Positions 13,200 through 24,490 of a stretch of 64,000 bases of DNA are shown piece by piece (position 1 is the first letter of the stretch; each line of letters begins with the position of its first letter). Below the pieces are notes generated by a model. That model worked only from the letters and a program-made list of their open reading frames with translations. It ran no database searches and was not told the DNA's origin. Position numbers and translations under genes: made by a program. This stretch comes from Azolla caroliniana (Eukaryota > Plantae > Polypodiophyta): contig JBHGNT010000017.1 of assembly GCA_043228905.1 (NCBI GenBank), forward strand, positions 16,430,001 through 16,494,000. The letters run 5' to 3'.

Positions 13200-13445
13200 T
13201 TTTTTTTTTTTTTTTCCAAAAAAAGATACTACATTAGTATTAGAAAACCGCCATAAGGCTAAACATACAAGCTATACCGATCCCCTATATTTTTCTAAAG
13301 TCTAACCATTGGCTTGAATAAACACTTTGGTGTTGAGTAGAACCACTCCACCTTACCAAAATACCGTCTATAAAATATACCTATGTCCCAAATGGCATGA
13401 AACTCCACCCGCCTAAGCTCCGCTTGATGCGTATTACCTTTTATA
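13200..13445 (-). mobile_element. Short non-LTR retroelement insertion (L1 3' end or SINE) with 21-bp TSD
   Basis: CCTAATTCTGCTTTGATGATT at 13179-13199 and 13446-13466; poly-T tract at the left end; shared L1 3' motif. Confidence 0.85.
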
Positions 13446-15725
13446 CCTAATTCTGCTTTGATGATTGCATGTGGTGTTGATAGCTTTGATGCTTAGAGCT
13501 TCATTTATTATGGAAAAAGCCCTTGATTTTGTTTTGATTATCACATGTGGTGTTTATAGCTTTGGATGTATCATGCACAATCTCAAGATGGTTAGTGGTT
13601 TTTACGCGTGATTTTGTCCATTATGTTACTCTTTGTGTGGTAAAATCATGAACCCCATTTTTTGGGGAGAGAAGATAATGAGAAGATGACATTCTCTAGC
13701 CATGGATTATCTTTATCAAGAAAAGTTATCAATGTTGATTTTACATGTTTTTTCTTCTCCTCCCAATATTCATTAATGTGTACAGAATGCAAGTGTCGTG
13801 AAGAAATATTTGCTTAAGGAAATGCGAAGAGTGTGTCCAACTTCTTGCTTTCCAACCTTCAAATGATGTAATTGATGATATCCCATTTGTTATATAGTGA
13901 AACTCTTGGCAAATATCTTTGATGAAATTTTCTGTAAGGAAATTCGGGAAGTATAAATATAAAAGGTATTGCCAAACTTCTATATATGGTGGAAGAGAAA
14001 AATTATGACATATATCCCTACTTTGTTCACATAAGAATATTGAACGCATGTTAATCAAATCATAAGTTGAACATTCAAAAAGTAAGAAGAAAAATGTTTT
14101 CTTCATAATCTCTTAGAGGAAGAATCATCTTTGATGTTTTGAGGAAAATAATAATTATAGATGTTTGTTAAATCATAAGTCGCCATTCTTTCAATGTTCT
14201 AGACACATTAGGAATGCGAAAAAGTGAACTTTCTTCTAAATTTTGAGCAATTGTGCATATGTGATGGTTACATGTTAGATGGGATAATATGGGTATTGAA
14301 CGCTCAATGCCAACGATATCCTTGTAATATGATGATATCCTACATCTTCCACTTGAAAAAGTTCCACAAATTTATTGTTAAGATAAATGTTATGAAATCG
14401 AAAAGTTTACCAAGAATTTTTATATTGACATCAAGCATACCAAATTTCCCATAGATGTTGGTGGTTTATAAATATTGATATGTTTGTAGGCTTAAGCATT
14501 TATGTTTGCAGAAAGTTATCACTAGAAAGTGGCTTTGGTTATGAGTCATCAACAAACTAGGTCCATCTGTATACTTTGCATAAAAGAGATGTGACATTGA
14601 TTTTTCACCTTACCATCCAATATGTAACAATCACGTATGCATGGTTTATCTTAAGCTTTGCCCAACTTAGCTAGACCATACATAAAATACATACTTACAT
14701 GACTCCTTGTTTTAAGTTGGTCCTACAAGTATACATTGACCCTAATGTCTCTTTAACTTAACTCCCCATTGTACCTGCACTTGCCTAGTGCAAATACATG
14801 TGCACCATCTCGATGATTATCATGAAAGGAAACTAAGGCAAATACATGTATTCAATATAAATATCACTTCATGTCCTAATGAGATAGATTGGTTATGAAA
14901 GCAATTTAGTTTAAACATTTTGCGTTATAAGAAACATAAACATGTTGGCAAGAAATAGTTTGGAATGCTTTGAAATATTAATGTATCTTAATATGAATAG
15001 ATAATGTGCAATCAAGTTTTACATGTTCTTCAATGCAAAGATGTTATCATTGTAATGATGTTTTCATATTGTACAAGGGATGTAAATATGTATAGTTGAG
15101 GCACAAGTAGGTTATACCAGTCATTTTACCTAGATAACTTTGTTGTAAAAGAGTATGGTGAGATAAGTAGAGATGACGTAAAAAAGAGTGGGTGGGGTTT
15201 ATTACTGGATTTGTGGGGGGGAAGGGCAACGTGAGTTTTGCTTAAGTTTTTGTCGGTTTTGGAGTTGATCCATCGAGTTGTATATATCAATCCCTCTAAG
15301 GTTAGTCTCTGTGAATCCTCGTGTTTGAACTTTGTTGTATTTTGTGTGCTAACTAATGTGAAGTAGTGTGTTTTGCAAATAAATAAATAAATAAAATAAT
15401 GCTTCTTTTATATATGATATTATTACTGTCAAAAAAGGTTTCAAAGATGTATATTAAGGAATCAAGATATAAAAATTTATCACTTTCAATCATATGTTGT
15501 AGATCAATGCATTCAATGAATATGTTATGTGATTCATGATGGTGGGAACATTGGATGATAAGGTGTAGTAATTGAGCTCCTCAAGATGAATTTTTGAGCA
15601 AAATACACAAGTTAAAATGTAGCATAGTATCATATAAACCACGCATACCATTCTCATATATAACGTGATAGCATTGGAGAGTGGCTAATATACATGACCT
15701 CATTTTCAAAATGTTTGCCTTGATA

Positions 15726-17288
15726 TTATCTACAATCAATAGTTTGAAGCTTTTGTACATCGGAAATACAAGAATCTATAACATGAGTGCATGAAGCAAG
15801 TTGTGAACCTATCGATAGTTCGGCTACTTCTTCACTTATCAAATTAGCAATGTGTATGAGATCTGATTCTGGATAATTTAATGCTCGAACCATCTCTTCA
15901 GCCACGCCCTTGGGAGAGTCTTTTGTTAGGTCAAAAGGAAAGACAATGGCACGAGCGTTACTTGGTGCGTCAATGCGGAGTTTCAAGTGTAGAGTATGTT
16001 CATCCACTACTTTGCCCATTACCCGAAAAGAAGATTTCCGATCAAGTTGTTTGGCACCCACTATATTCCTCGCAAGTTCCATATTAGTATGATGTTGATT
16101 AAATGTAGAGTCAATAGCTCCATGTGGACCTCTTGTCATTGTCATGTCCATTCCTAGATTTTCATGTGAGCCAAAGGAGTTACGTTGCACATTATCCTCT
16201 CGGCCTTTCAACATGGCAAAAACAGGAGTTGACAAAGATTTCTTGATACAAGAAATCACTTCATGGCTTCCTTCTTGGCACTTCAAGAAGGGGTCTAACA
16301 TCAATTCCGCGGCAGAGGGTCTTTGAGTAATCGGGAGCAAACATTTCTTAATGAACTCCACAGCTTGTTCATCTTTAATTCTATAGAGGGCCTTGGGCAT
16401 GATACCATGAGTGACATTCTTGTATACTTGTGTTATGTTCTTGCACTCCTTATAAGGGTACTCTCTAGTGATCAGTTGTATCATACACATGCCAAATGAG
16501 TAGACATCGACGAGTTCGTTGTAATCATCATGGAACATTTCAGGGGCCATGAATTCTGGAGTACCGACCGGCATATTATTCATGTATCCTATAGGATTGA
16601 GTTGAGTGGCCAATCCAAAGTCACAAATCCTTAAGGCCATGCCAGAATTAGACTTGACAAGTATGTTTTCACACTTGAGGTCTCTATGGATGATGGGAGG
16701 GCAATGTCCATGAAGGTGGGACAAGACTTCTAAGATTTGTGTGCCCCACCTAGTTAGAGCTTTCTTGCTCATGTGCTTGTGTTTCATGCGGTATTTGAAG
16801 AGAGAAGATGAGCAAAGCTCAGTGACGAAATTAAGGGTGTTTTCTTGTGGATCTATCCATGAAGCGAAGAGTTTGAGGATGCCCCTATGGTTGATGTTTT
16901 GTAAGAGCTCTACCTCATGCAAAGCATGATGGCTAGAATGTGGGGGCTTGAGTTTGGATTTGTTCCATGCCACTTCCTTGCAATCTAGCTTGTCATAAGC
17001 TTTATAAACTATTTTCTCGGCTCCTTGTCCAAGGATCTCGTTGTACCGTGCGTACCGCTCGGATGGGTCGATCTCAATGAAAATCTCCTCATCCTCATCA
17101 TCACCATATTCATGATCTTCTTCATCACCACACTCGCCATCACCATCATTACCACGACTATTATTGGGTAGCTCATTAGTGTTATCCTCATCCTTCCCAT
17201 GGCTATTGGGTAGCTCCTCCTTCTCATGATCATCCATACCATGGCTATTGGATAAGTGCTCCTTATCACTATCATCTGCCATATCCAT
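15726..17288 (-). CDS. WNK: WNK (with-no-lysine) Ser/Thr protein kinase, intronless, ~520 aa
   Basis: EIDPSERYARYNEILGQGAEKIVYKAYD...EVAWN (catalytic Lys in the Gly loop, none in subdomain II), IIHRDLKCENI, DFGLA, GTPEFMAPE, VDVYSFGMC; plant WNK C-terminal domain LKLRIDAP...IVFPFDLTKDS..VAEEMV. First ATG at 17288. Confidence 0.93.
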   Translation of the reverse strand: MDMADDSDKEHLSNSHGMDDHEKEELPNSHGKDEDNTNELPNNSRGNDGDGECGDEEDHEYGDDEDEEIFIEIDPSERYARYNEILGQGAEKIVYKAYDKLDCKEVAWNKSKLKPPHSSHHALHEVELLQNINHRGILKLFASWIDPQENTLNFVTELCSSSLFKYRMKHKHMSKKALTRWGTQILEVLSHLHGHCPPIIHRDLKCENILVKSNSGMALRICDFGLATQLNPIGYMNNMPVGTPEFMAPEMFHDDYNELVDVYSFGMCMIQLITREYPYKECKNITQVYKNVTHGIMPKALYRIKDEQAVEFIKKCLLPITQRPSAAELMLDPFLKCQEGSHEVISCIKKSLSTPVFAMLKGREDNVQRNSFGSHENLGMDMTMTRGPHGAIDSTFNQHHTNMELARNIVGAKQLDRKSSFRVMGKVVDEHTLHLKLRIDAPSNARAIVFPFDLTKDSPKGVAEEMVRALNYPESDLIHIANLISEEVAELSIGSQLASCTHVIDSCISDVQKLQTIDCR

Positions 17289-19705
17289 TGTGATCAAGAT
17301 GAAGAGCAAATTAATTAAACAGGGGTGGGGGCAATACAAGTGAAGATGAACCTTCTTGTGGCTCTTGTGCTTCTAGTTCTAGTTCTAGTATCTTTTTCTC
17401 TTTCTTCGTCATTTTAAGTACGCAAAAAGCTGTTTTTGTTGACTTTATAGGTCCACCTTTGAATTGTTCCACATCTAAAAAATCATTGACTTGGTAATTT
17501 AAGCACAATATGGAACACTTTACTAGAACTAATAACATGATGGATAACTTTTTGAAAATGGCCCCTCATGTTCGCTTTTAGATATTGTGAGAATTCCGAC
17601 ACACATTTTTTGTATTTGTCATAACTAACATTTTGCCTTTTGCTTAGCTTATTTTACCCATTTCATTAAAAAAAAAACTCATAGAACTTGAGATTCCAAA
17701 TAGGCCAAAAAGGCCATGCTACCCATAAGTTCATAGAAAGAAAACAACTAGATTTATGATTTGCATGTCTTACACGATCCATCTATTCAAAGCTTTGTTG
17801 TTCATTCGTAAGGATGTCATCGAACTTTTGAATTTGATCGGCAATTACATCATTTTTACATTATCGAAACTCAAATGGTTCCATATATTCTAAAAAAACG
17901 ATATAAATGATGGAGACTTCATGTTCTTGAAATAGTCTAGTAAAACAAGGAATAGAAAATGTGTGGATGAGCTACAATAAGGACATTGACCCTAATATTA
18001 TCCAATCTTTGCACACAAGCATGCGTTCATAGTGACGCATAAAATCACACGAGTCCATACTCATATATATTTCCCGTATTTTCATGAGTTTGTGATTGTT
18101 AATATTTTTTAAGGACATGAAAATTTGGTAATATTTTTAATGATATATGTTGTTCACAAATGTTAATAAAGCGATGAGTACTATTGTATGTGATCATCTG
18201 GGCGGTAGATCCATAGGGACTATATCTATTGAATTACGACCAACTTCTAATTGCATTTCAAAAGTTTACCTAGAATTTTCGACTCTTTTCCACTATAGTA
18301 AATAGTAAACTCCACTTCTAAAGGCTATTTACTATTCAATTAGTTCTTTCAAACAGTAAAAGCTATAAAAAAAAACAAAATTGAGTGGAACATGTGTGTG
18401 TGTGTCTAATAGAGAGATATCACGTTCATATGTATCGTTTTTTTTAAATTCCCAGAATTCCCTTCAAAATTTTGAAATTGTCAAAAGACTCTACTTAATC
18501 TCTCGCACCTCCCTATCTACAGTTTCCCTGTCACTCCTATATTATTTTTGAAGTTCCTAAAATGCCCCTTTATTTTTTAAATTCTTGAATTACCTTACAA
18601 AGTCATTGTATCTATCTACCTATATAGTTTCTCCCTCAATACATTAATGCTAAACCCAAGGTACCCTCATTCTTTTAATTCTCAAGATACTCCACAAAAT
18701 CTCTAACCTCTCTCCTTTGAATGTATGTATATGTGTCACCATGTGTTCACTTAGTGTAAAATTGGCATATGCATGCGTTCACAAACATCCAAAGACACAT
18801 TCATAGAGATAGATCCGTACCTTGGGAATTTCATATAGATAGATGTGTAAATTGAGAGAAGGTAGCATGGGGAACTTCTAAATATGAGTAGTTTTGGGTG
18901 TTTCATGCACACTTGGGGTTTTTTGGTAGATTACCTGTAAAATGACTAATAGAAGATTACTTAAGATAATTGTGTATTAGTGTGTGTGGATAAAAGACTT
19001 GTCAATTAATAGTTAATGTAGGAGATATTGATGCTTGGATGAGAAAGAAAGAAAGAAAGAAAGGTGTATTAACGTCTTCTAAGGCCAAATTTGGCCCATG
19101 AGACAATTGGTTTACAACAATAGAGTATTTATCCAGTCATTATTATTAATTACTAGCAAATCTTTCCAATAAGTTATTTGTGCTAGAGGGTGATTGAGAA
19201 AGAGTGAATACTTAGTAATTGAATACTAAAAAACTAAAGCCGGAGACCGTGCAATCCGCGAGTGCATGTGATCTATCATTTTCTTTCTAAAACATGGAAA
19301 ATACACAAGTCGCCAAGCAAAGCTTTGCATATTCTTCTCTAACATTTATGCACATTTACACTTCATGGAGTGTTTATGTTTCACAATGTGTGCACTTAGT
19401 GTGCAATCGACAAATGCATGTAGTTGGAATACACTTAGTGTGCAATCGACTAATGCACGCATTCGGAACACACAAAGAAACTTTGTAACATTTTCTTTCT
19501 AGAATGTGCAAGATTCAACAATTGTCAAGCAAAACCTTAATAAATTCTTCTCTAGCATGGTTGCACTTTTCACACTTCATAGAGTGCATGTTTCACCATA
19601 TGTGCACATTTGCCATATATAGTGTCTATATGTTCTACCATGTATGCTCTTCACCATTAATTCATTGCAAAGAAATGTTTGCCCGTTTCTTGTTGGGATA
19701 TATTT

Positions 19706-20049
19706 CATTCATGTCTTTGCGTGAGTCCGCCATGGTTCTATCTTATTAAAGAGTGTGCAAATTGATAGTTTCTCCTTACAATATAGCATCAAGAACTTCA
19801 CTTTCCACAACTTAAGGTTTGAACGCAAAAACATTGCCTCATGTGTGCATCTAAAGAACTTACCTTGAACACCATTCATGTCGTTGCATGAGTACGCCAT
19901 GGTTCTATCTTATTAAAGAGTGTGCAAATTGATAGTTTCTCCTTGCAAATTGCAATATAACTTCAAGAACTTCACTTTCCACAACTTAAGGTTTGAACGC
20001 AAAAACATTGCCTCATGTGTGCATCTAAGAACTTACCTTGAACACCATT
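19706..20049. repeat. Tandem duplication, 2 x ~167-177 bp
   Basis: CATTCATGTC..GC.TGAGT.CGCCATGGTTCTATCTTATTAAAGAGTGTGCAAATTG... at 19706 and 19873. Confidence 0.85.
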
Positions 20050-21672
20050 GTAGGATTAGTTGAATCATGAGCAATTGTTATACCTAGGCATCTAGTCTAA
20101 TGGTGTACCAATAGAGGTCAATCTTATAAATATTCCAAGGCCATGTGATAATCACATTGTCTAAAAGGGGAACAATTTAGTTGGTCAAGTTTTTTGAATT
20201 TGCATTTTGAGCACTACTTAAATTCCTTTCCAAACATTTGCTCCAATTTAACTCAAAACTAACAATACCTTGGAGGAACTTATCGCTGAGATGTGAAGCA
20301 TGCATGATAAAAATAAAAACAAGTGTATTATAATATTCATTCCATAATGCTTTACTGAGATCCCTCCTTTTACATATACCTTTATTGAGATTTGTAATAT
20401 ATTCTAGAAAGTGAAGAAAATTCACATCACTAAGAGCTTGACCAATCCATATGAAGGGGTCAAATTACTTTGCAAAGGAACATCTTCATCTAGTATCCTC
20501 ATTCATGAAGCTATATGCATGCATCATAGTTCTTACTAGCCTAGCATCTAAAGAGAACTAGTGAATGTCCTGAGATGACGATGATCTAAAGGTCAAGTGT
20601 CCTACTCTCCTCACATTGCCTTTTTGAAAGGTTCCAACTTCCAATAGGGTTCTAATGGCTTTTTGACTTTTCCAAGTATTTTGGCAATTGTTTACAAATG
20701 ATTCTTACTTTCTTTTGAGGTTCTAATCTACCCCCTTTATTTTTTCTTGAAGGCTCTAATGCTTCCTTCATACGTCCCTTATGACGTATTCCCTCTTCTT
20801 TGAAAATTTAGAAATCAATTATGTCATAAGCTATAAAATATTGAATTGAACTCCTAACCTCCACAAAAGAGGTTAATGAGAAACGATTAAAATGTGAAAT
20901 TAACTTATTTTTCCCTAGTTTGAAGGCTTTACGTATTGCTTCTTTTCCTACAAAGAATTGATCATATCTCAAAAAGAACGTGTAGAATGGCTAAATCGTG
21001 TTTCATATTCAAGTCATGAATGCGTGAGAACTCGAGTGTAATGTATGGTTGGTGTGACAGAGACCCCGAAGGTTAATCACGGGATGTAAATAACAAGGCA
21101 TTCAGGTCCTTGGCTAGTCTTGAGAATTACAGATCATCATAAGCCCAAACAAAGATTATAAATCAGATATTTACACATTTGTGCCAAAGAAACCGACCTA
21201 GAAGCCAAGTTACCAAGCCAACCTCAAAGGCTATTGTTGGAAGCCTAGGAAAATAGAAGAACCTAAATTTGGGGATCTTGTACCATGATAAAGAAGGAGA
21301 AACGTCATAATGCACATATGTAGAAAAATGTATATGGTAACATTACATACACACACATAAGCATTTCAATAAAGACCAAATGAACCAAGCCTTGGAGCCA
21401 GATATGTACATACATATGCATGTATATATATATATATATATGTATATATATGATATATCTGTGCAAGATTGGCGACGGCTTCAAAGCCTAAACGAAATAC
21501 AGGAAATATGATTTTATATAACCTCTATAATGATTGTTGCTTGAAAGATGAATGTATGGAAAAAGGGGGAGGGGGTTTTACAAAGCAAAATCCCCTCCCA
21601 ATATGTAATGTGAATGGAAAGCCATCAAAGTGTTATTACAAAGTGTTCCATCCATTCAACGAGTTTAGCATT

Positions 21673-23238
21673 TCAATGAACATTGAGGTTTCTTGATGAT
21701 GTCGAGGCACCACCGAGTTTAGATCCGATTTTTGAACTAGAAACTGCGCAATCCGTACCCTTTCTATGTGAAAGAATGCTCATGAAATTCTTCGTTAGAG
21801 CATCGAGAGATTCGGCCCTGGTCTTGGCCCCCTTTGTACACAAATGGTCGGCTGGGAAACGATGTTTCAAACAAACTTTCATCTTACATGTCTTGCACAT
21901 ATAGGTGTTTGTTGTTGTTAACACTTCTCGACATCTCTTTACTGGGCACTTCGGCTTCTTCATCACTTTGTCATAATTCTTAGGGTCACAACTTGAGCCT
22001 TGCATATGTCTTGCTAGGGTTAAATCCATTGTTTCTCCATATACCATTCGGACTGAGATAGCGCACACCGGACATATGGCGACGGTTATGTCCTTCATTC
22101 CTTCCTTTGGACAATTGTGTTCTTTGTATGATCGATGCTCAAGGCAAAATGTCTGCATAAACAAACCCCAATGCATTCTTAGGATTGATTGATCTACAAA
22201 GAAGAAATATAGTGATGCTCCTATACAGTTTAGAAACAAAATCAGTATGGTTGTGTACAGTTTAGAAACAAAATCACAAATGCTTGAATACAGTTTAGAA
22301 ACGAATTCCAAACAATATCACAAATGCCTAAAGATATATATTAGGCACTAACTCGCTATGTTTTAAAGCACTTCCAAACAAAATCACAATGTTTCTATAC
22401 ACTTCAAAATCAGGATATTTTCCATACATGAAGAAACAAATTCTAGTGAAATTGCAATATTTCTATACATTTGGAGACAAATTTGAATGCAATCAAAATT
22501 GGGATGTTTCTAAATATGTCAAAAATAAATTCAAGCGAAATCATAATACTTCTATACACTTGGAGACAAATTTGAACAAAATCAAAATGCTTCTATACAT
22601 TTTGAAACAAATTCGAACTAAATCAACGCGCATCTCTACATTTTGGAACAAATTCAAAATGCATCTATACATTTTCATTGCAAAATCGTACTGTTTCTAT
22701 ATGTTTCAAACAAAAATCGCAGTGATTATATGCAATGTTGAAACGAACACATTCACAATGATAATTACAACAGGTGATATATTCAGACGCAAAAATCAAA
22801 ATGCTCATTACAAAAGGGCATTCCAGATTTTCATCTACAGCATCTCAGTAGTCATCAAAAGAGACAACTGAAGGATCAAGAATAACAAGAAATCTCAAAT
22901 TTCCCATATCCCTAATCTTTTTCCACAAACTTCATTAAAAAGAAGCCCTAAATTTCCAATTAAGTTTTTGGCACAGAGAATGAACGTTCACAGTTGTATT
23001 TTGAAAGGATTCCGGTGCAAAGAAACTCGCTATTGTTGGCCGTTTTCTTTTTTTCCAATCCCTAAAAGGTATTATTCTATTGTTCTTCTGATTGCGCCTG
23101 CAGAGAGAGAGAGAGAATTCGAATGCGTACCTGTTTGCAGGAATCGCAGATGAAGGGAAGGAAATCGAGCTGGTGGCAATCTTCGAAGCAGCAGTGGGAG
23201 CCCAAGTCAGGGAAAGCTTCTGTACCAGCAGAGGCCAT
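21673..23238 (-). CDS. SAP12: AN1-AN1 zinc finger stress-associated protein (SAP12-like), 195 aa; exons 23238-23131 and 22152-21673
   Basis: [36 protein letters not shown]|[14 protein letters not shown]...[40 protein letters not shown]; phase-0 GT-AG intron. Confidence 0.93.
22200..22780. repeat. Degenerate ~35-50 bp minisatellite in the SAP12 intron
   Basis: Recurring TCTATACA(C/T)TT(G/T)GA(G/A)ACAAA...AAATC units. Confidence 0.6.
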
Positions 23239-23625
23239 TGGAATTGAATGAAGAAGAACAAGATGATGATGATGATGATGATGATTAACAGATAAAAACA
23301 GCAAAAGCAGAGAAGAAGAAGAAGAAGAAGAAGAAGAAAGGCTTTTTATGGGTCCTTTTATTTTTGGCTTTCTTTTCTGTTTGTTATAACTTATAACTTG
23401 TAATAGAAGAAGAAGAAGAAGAAAGAAGACTTCCGTTTTTATTGGTGCAATGAAATAAAAAATGACTTGGAGAAGAAGGAAGAAGCTGTATGTATGAATT
23501 GAAAATGATTGGTTTTGTCGGTGTGTGTGTGTGTGTGTGTGTGTTTGGTCGTCATTGTGGTTGTCATTGGGCATTATTAAGCCTGGGCCGCAATCTGGGG
23601 GCCGCCATAACGGAACTCTTGACCA

Positions 23626-23669
<44 letters not shown>

Positions 23670-24490
23670 GGCTTCAGGATGGGCTGTAACAACCAGGACC
23701 TATCTCCACTTGAATTCGGATTCGTGTAGGCTTTAGGATGGGCCATAACAACTTGGACCTATCTCCACTTGAATTCGGATTCATGTAGGCTTCAGAATGG
23801 GCTGTAACAACCAGGACCTATCTCCACTTGAATTCGGGATTCGAATCTGAATCCAAATTGCGTGCGTGGACATGGCTTTCTTATACAATACTGCACGAAC
23901 GAAAAACCGGGAAATCGAAGCACCATCTCAGCTCCTAGAAGGGTAGGGAAGGGAAAAGAGGGAGGGGGAATTGGCCTGAATAACTAACACCCATGTCATT
24001 ACTTCCTACTGCACTCACACCGATTTGGGTGATTCCTCGGAAATAAAATACGAGGGAGAAGTGCCGAGGAAGCTTGAAAGAGTGAGTGACCCCTGCATCT
24101 CGTAGGAAGCAGCACTCGGGGCTTCCTGTTCCTTTCTTGTGTGCCGTCCTCGTGGTTAAGCGCTCATTCGGATTCGTTCTCAGAATTGGCCGGCCGGCCG
24201 ACCTGGGCGGGCACCCGACCGCCCGCCACGGGGCACTCCCTTGCGTGATGCTGATTGCCACAACTTTCTTGTCTCGTATGTTCCTACGACGGCTTTTTCG
24301 CCTCTGTGCCGAGGGATGGGCCACAATTGAGAGCAGTGGCAGGCGGGGCGGCCGTCCTGACCAAGGCTAGGAGTCGGCAGTGGGTCGTCCGGCTCAAGCC
24401 TGAACCGAGCTGTTAAACCGTTTTAAAACGGTTTGTTGGTTCGGTTCGGTTCGACTCTAAAACCCCTATCCTTCTCTCTCTCTCTCTACC
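23239..24490. promoter_or_regulatory. Bidirectional promoter / 5'UTR region between SAP12 and the FAD oxidoreductase gene
   Basis: Divergent ATGs 1.25 kb apart; CpG-rich; several TGGGCY site-II-like motifs; microsatellites. Confidence 0.65.
23666..23843. repeat. Three tandem 59-bp repeats
   Basis: TGTAGGCTT.AG.ATGGGC..TAACAAC..GGACCTATCTCCACTTGAATTCGGATTC starting at 23666, 23725 and 23784. Confidence 0.92.

Noticed and set aside
17289-17339. N-terminal extension of the WNK ORF from the ORF track
   Set aside because: It starts at a non-ATG codon; the first ATG is at 17288.
22153-22311. Hydrophobic N-terminus of the 212-aa ORF
   Set aside because: Intron sequence of SAP12; the real first exon is 23238-23131.
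23239-23746. ORFs with poly-CV, HT, S and H runs (also 39739-40148 and 47321-47778)
   Set aside because: Translations of microsatellites.
23929-24470. Telomerase RNA, RNase MRP or SRP RNA
   Set aside because: No CTAAACCCT template and no convincing USE+TATA. The partial look-alikes (CAGGAAGCCCCG on minus, AGGAAGCAGC on plus) lack the right spacing and partner motifs.
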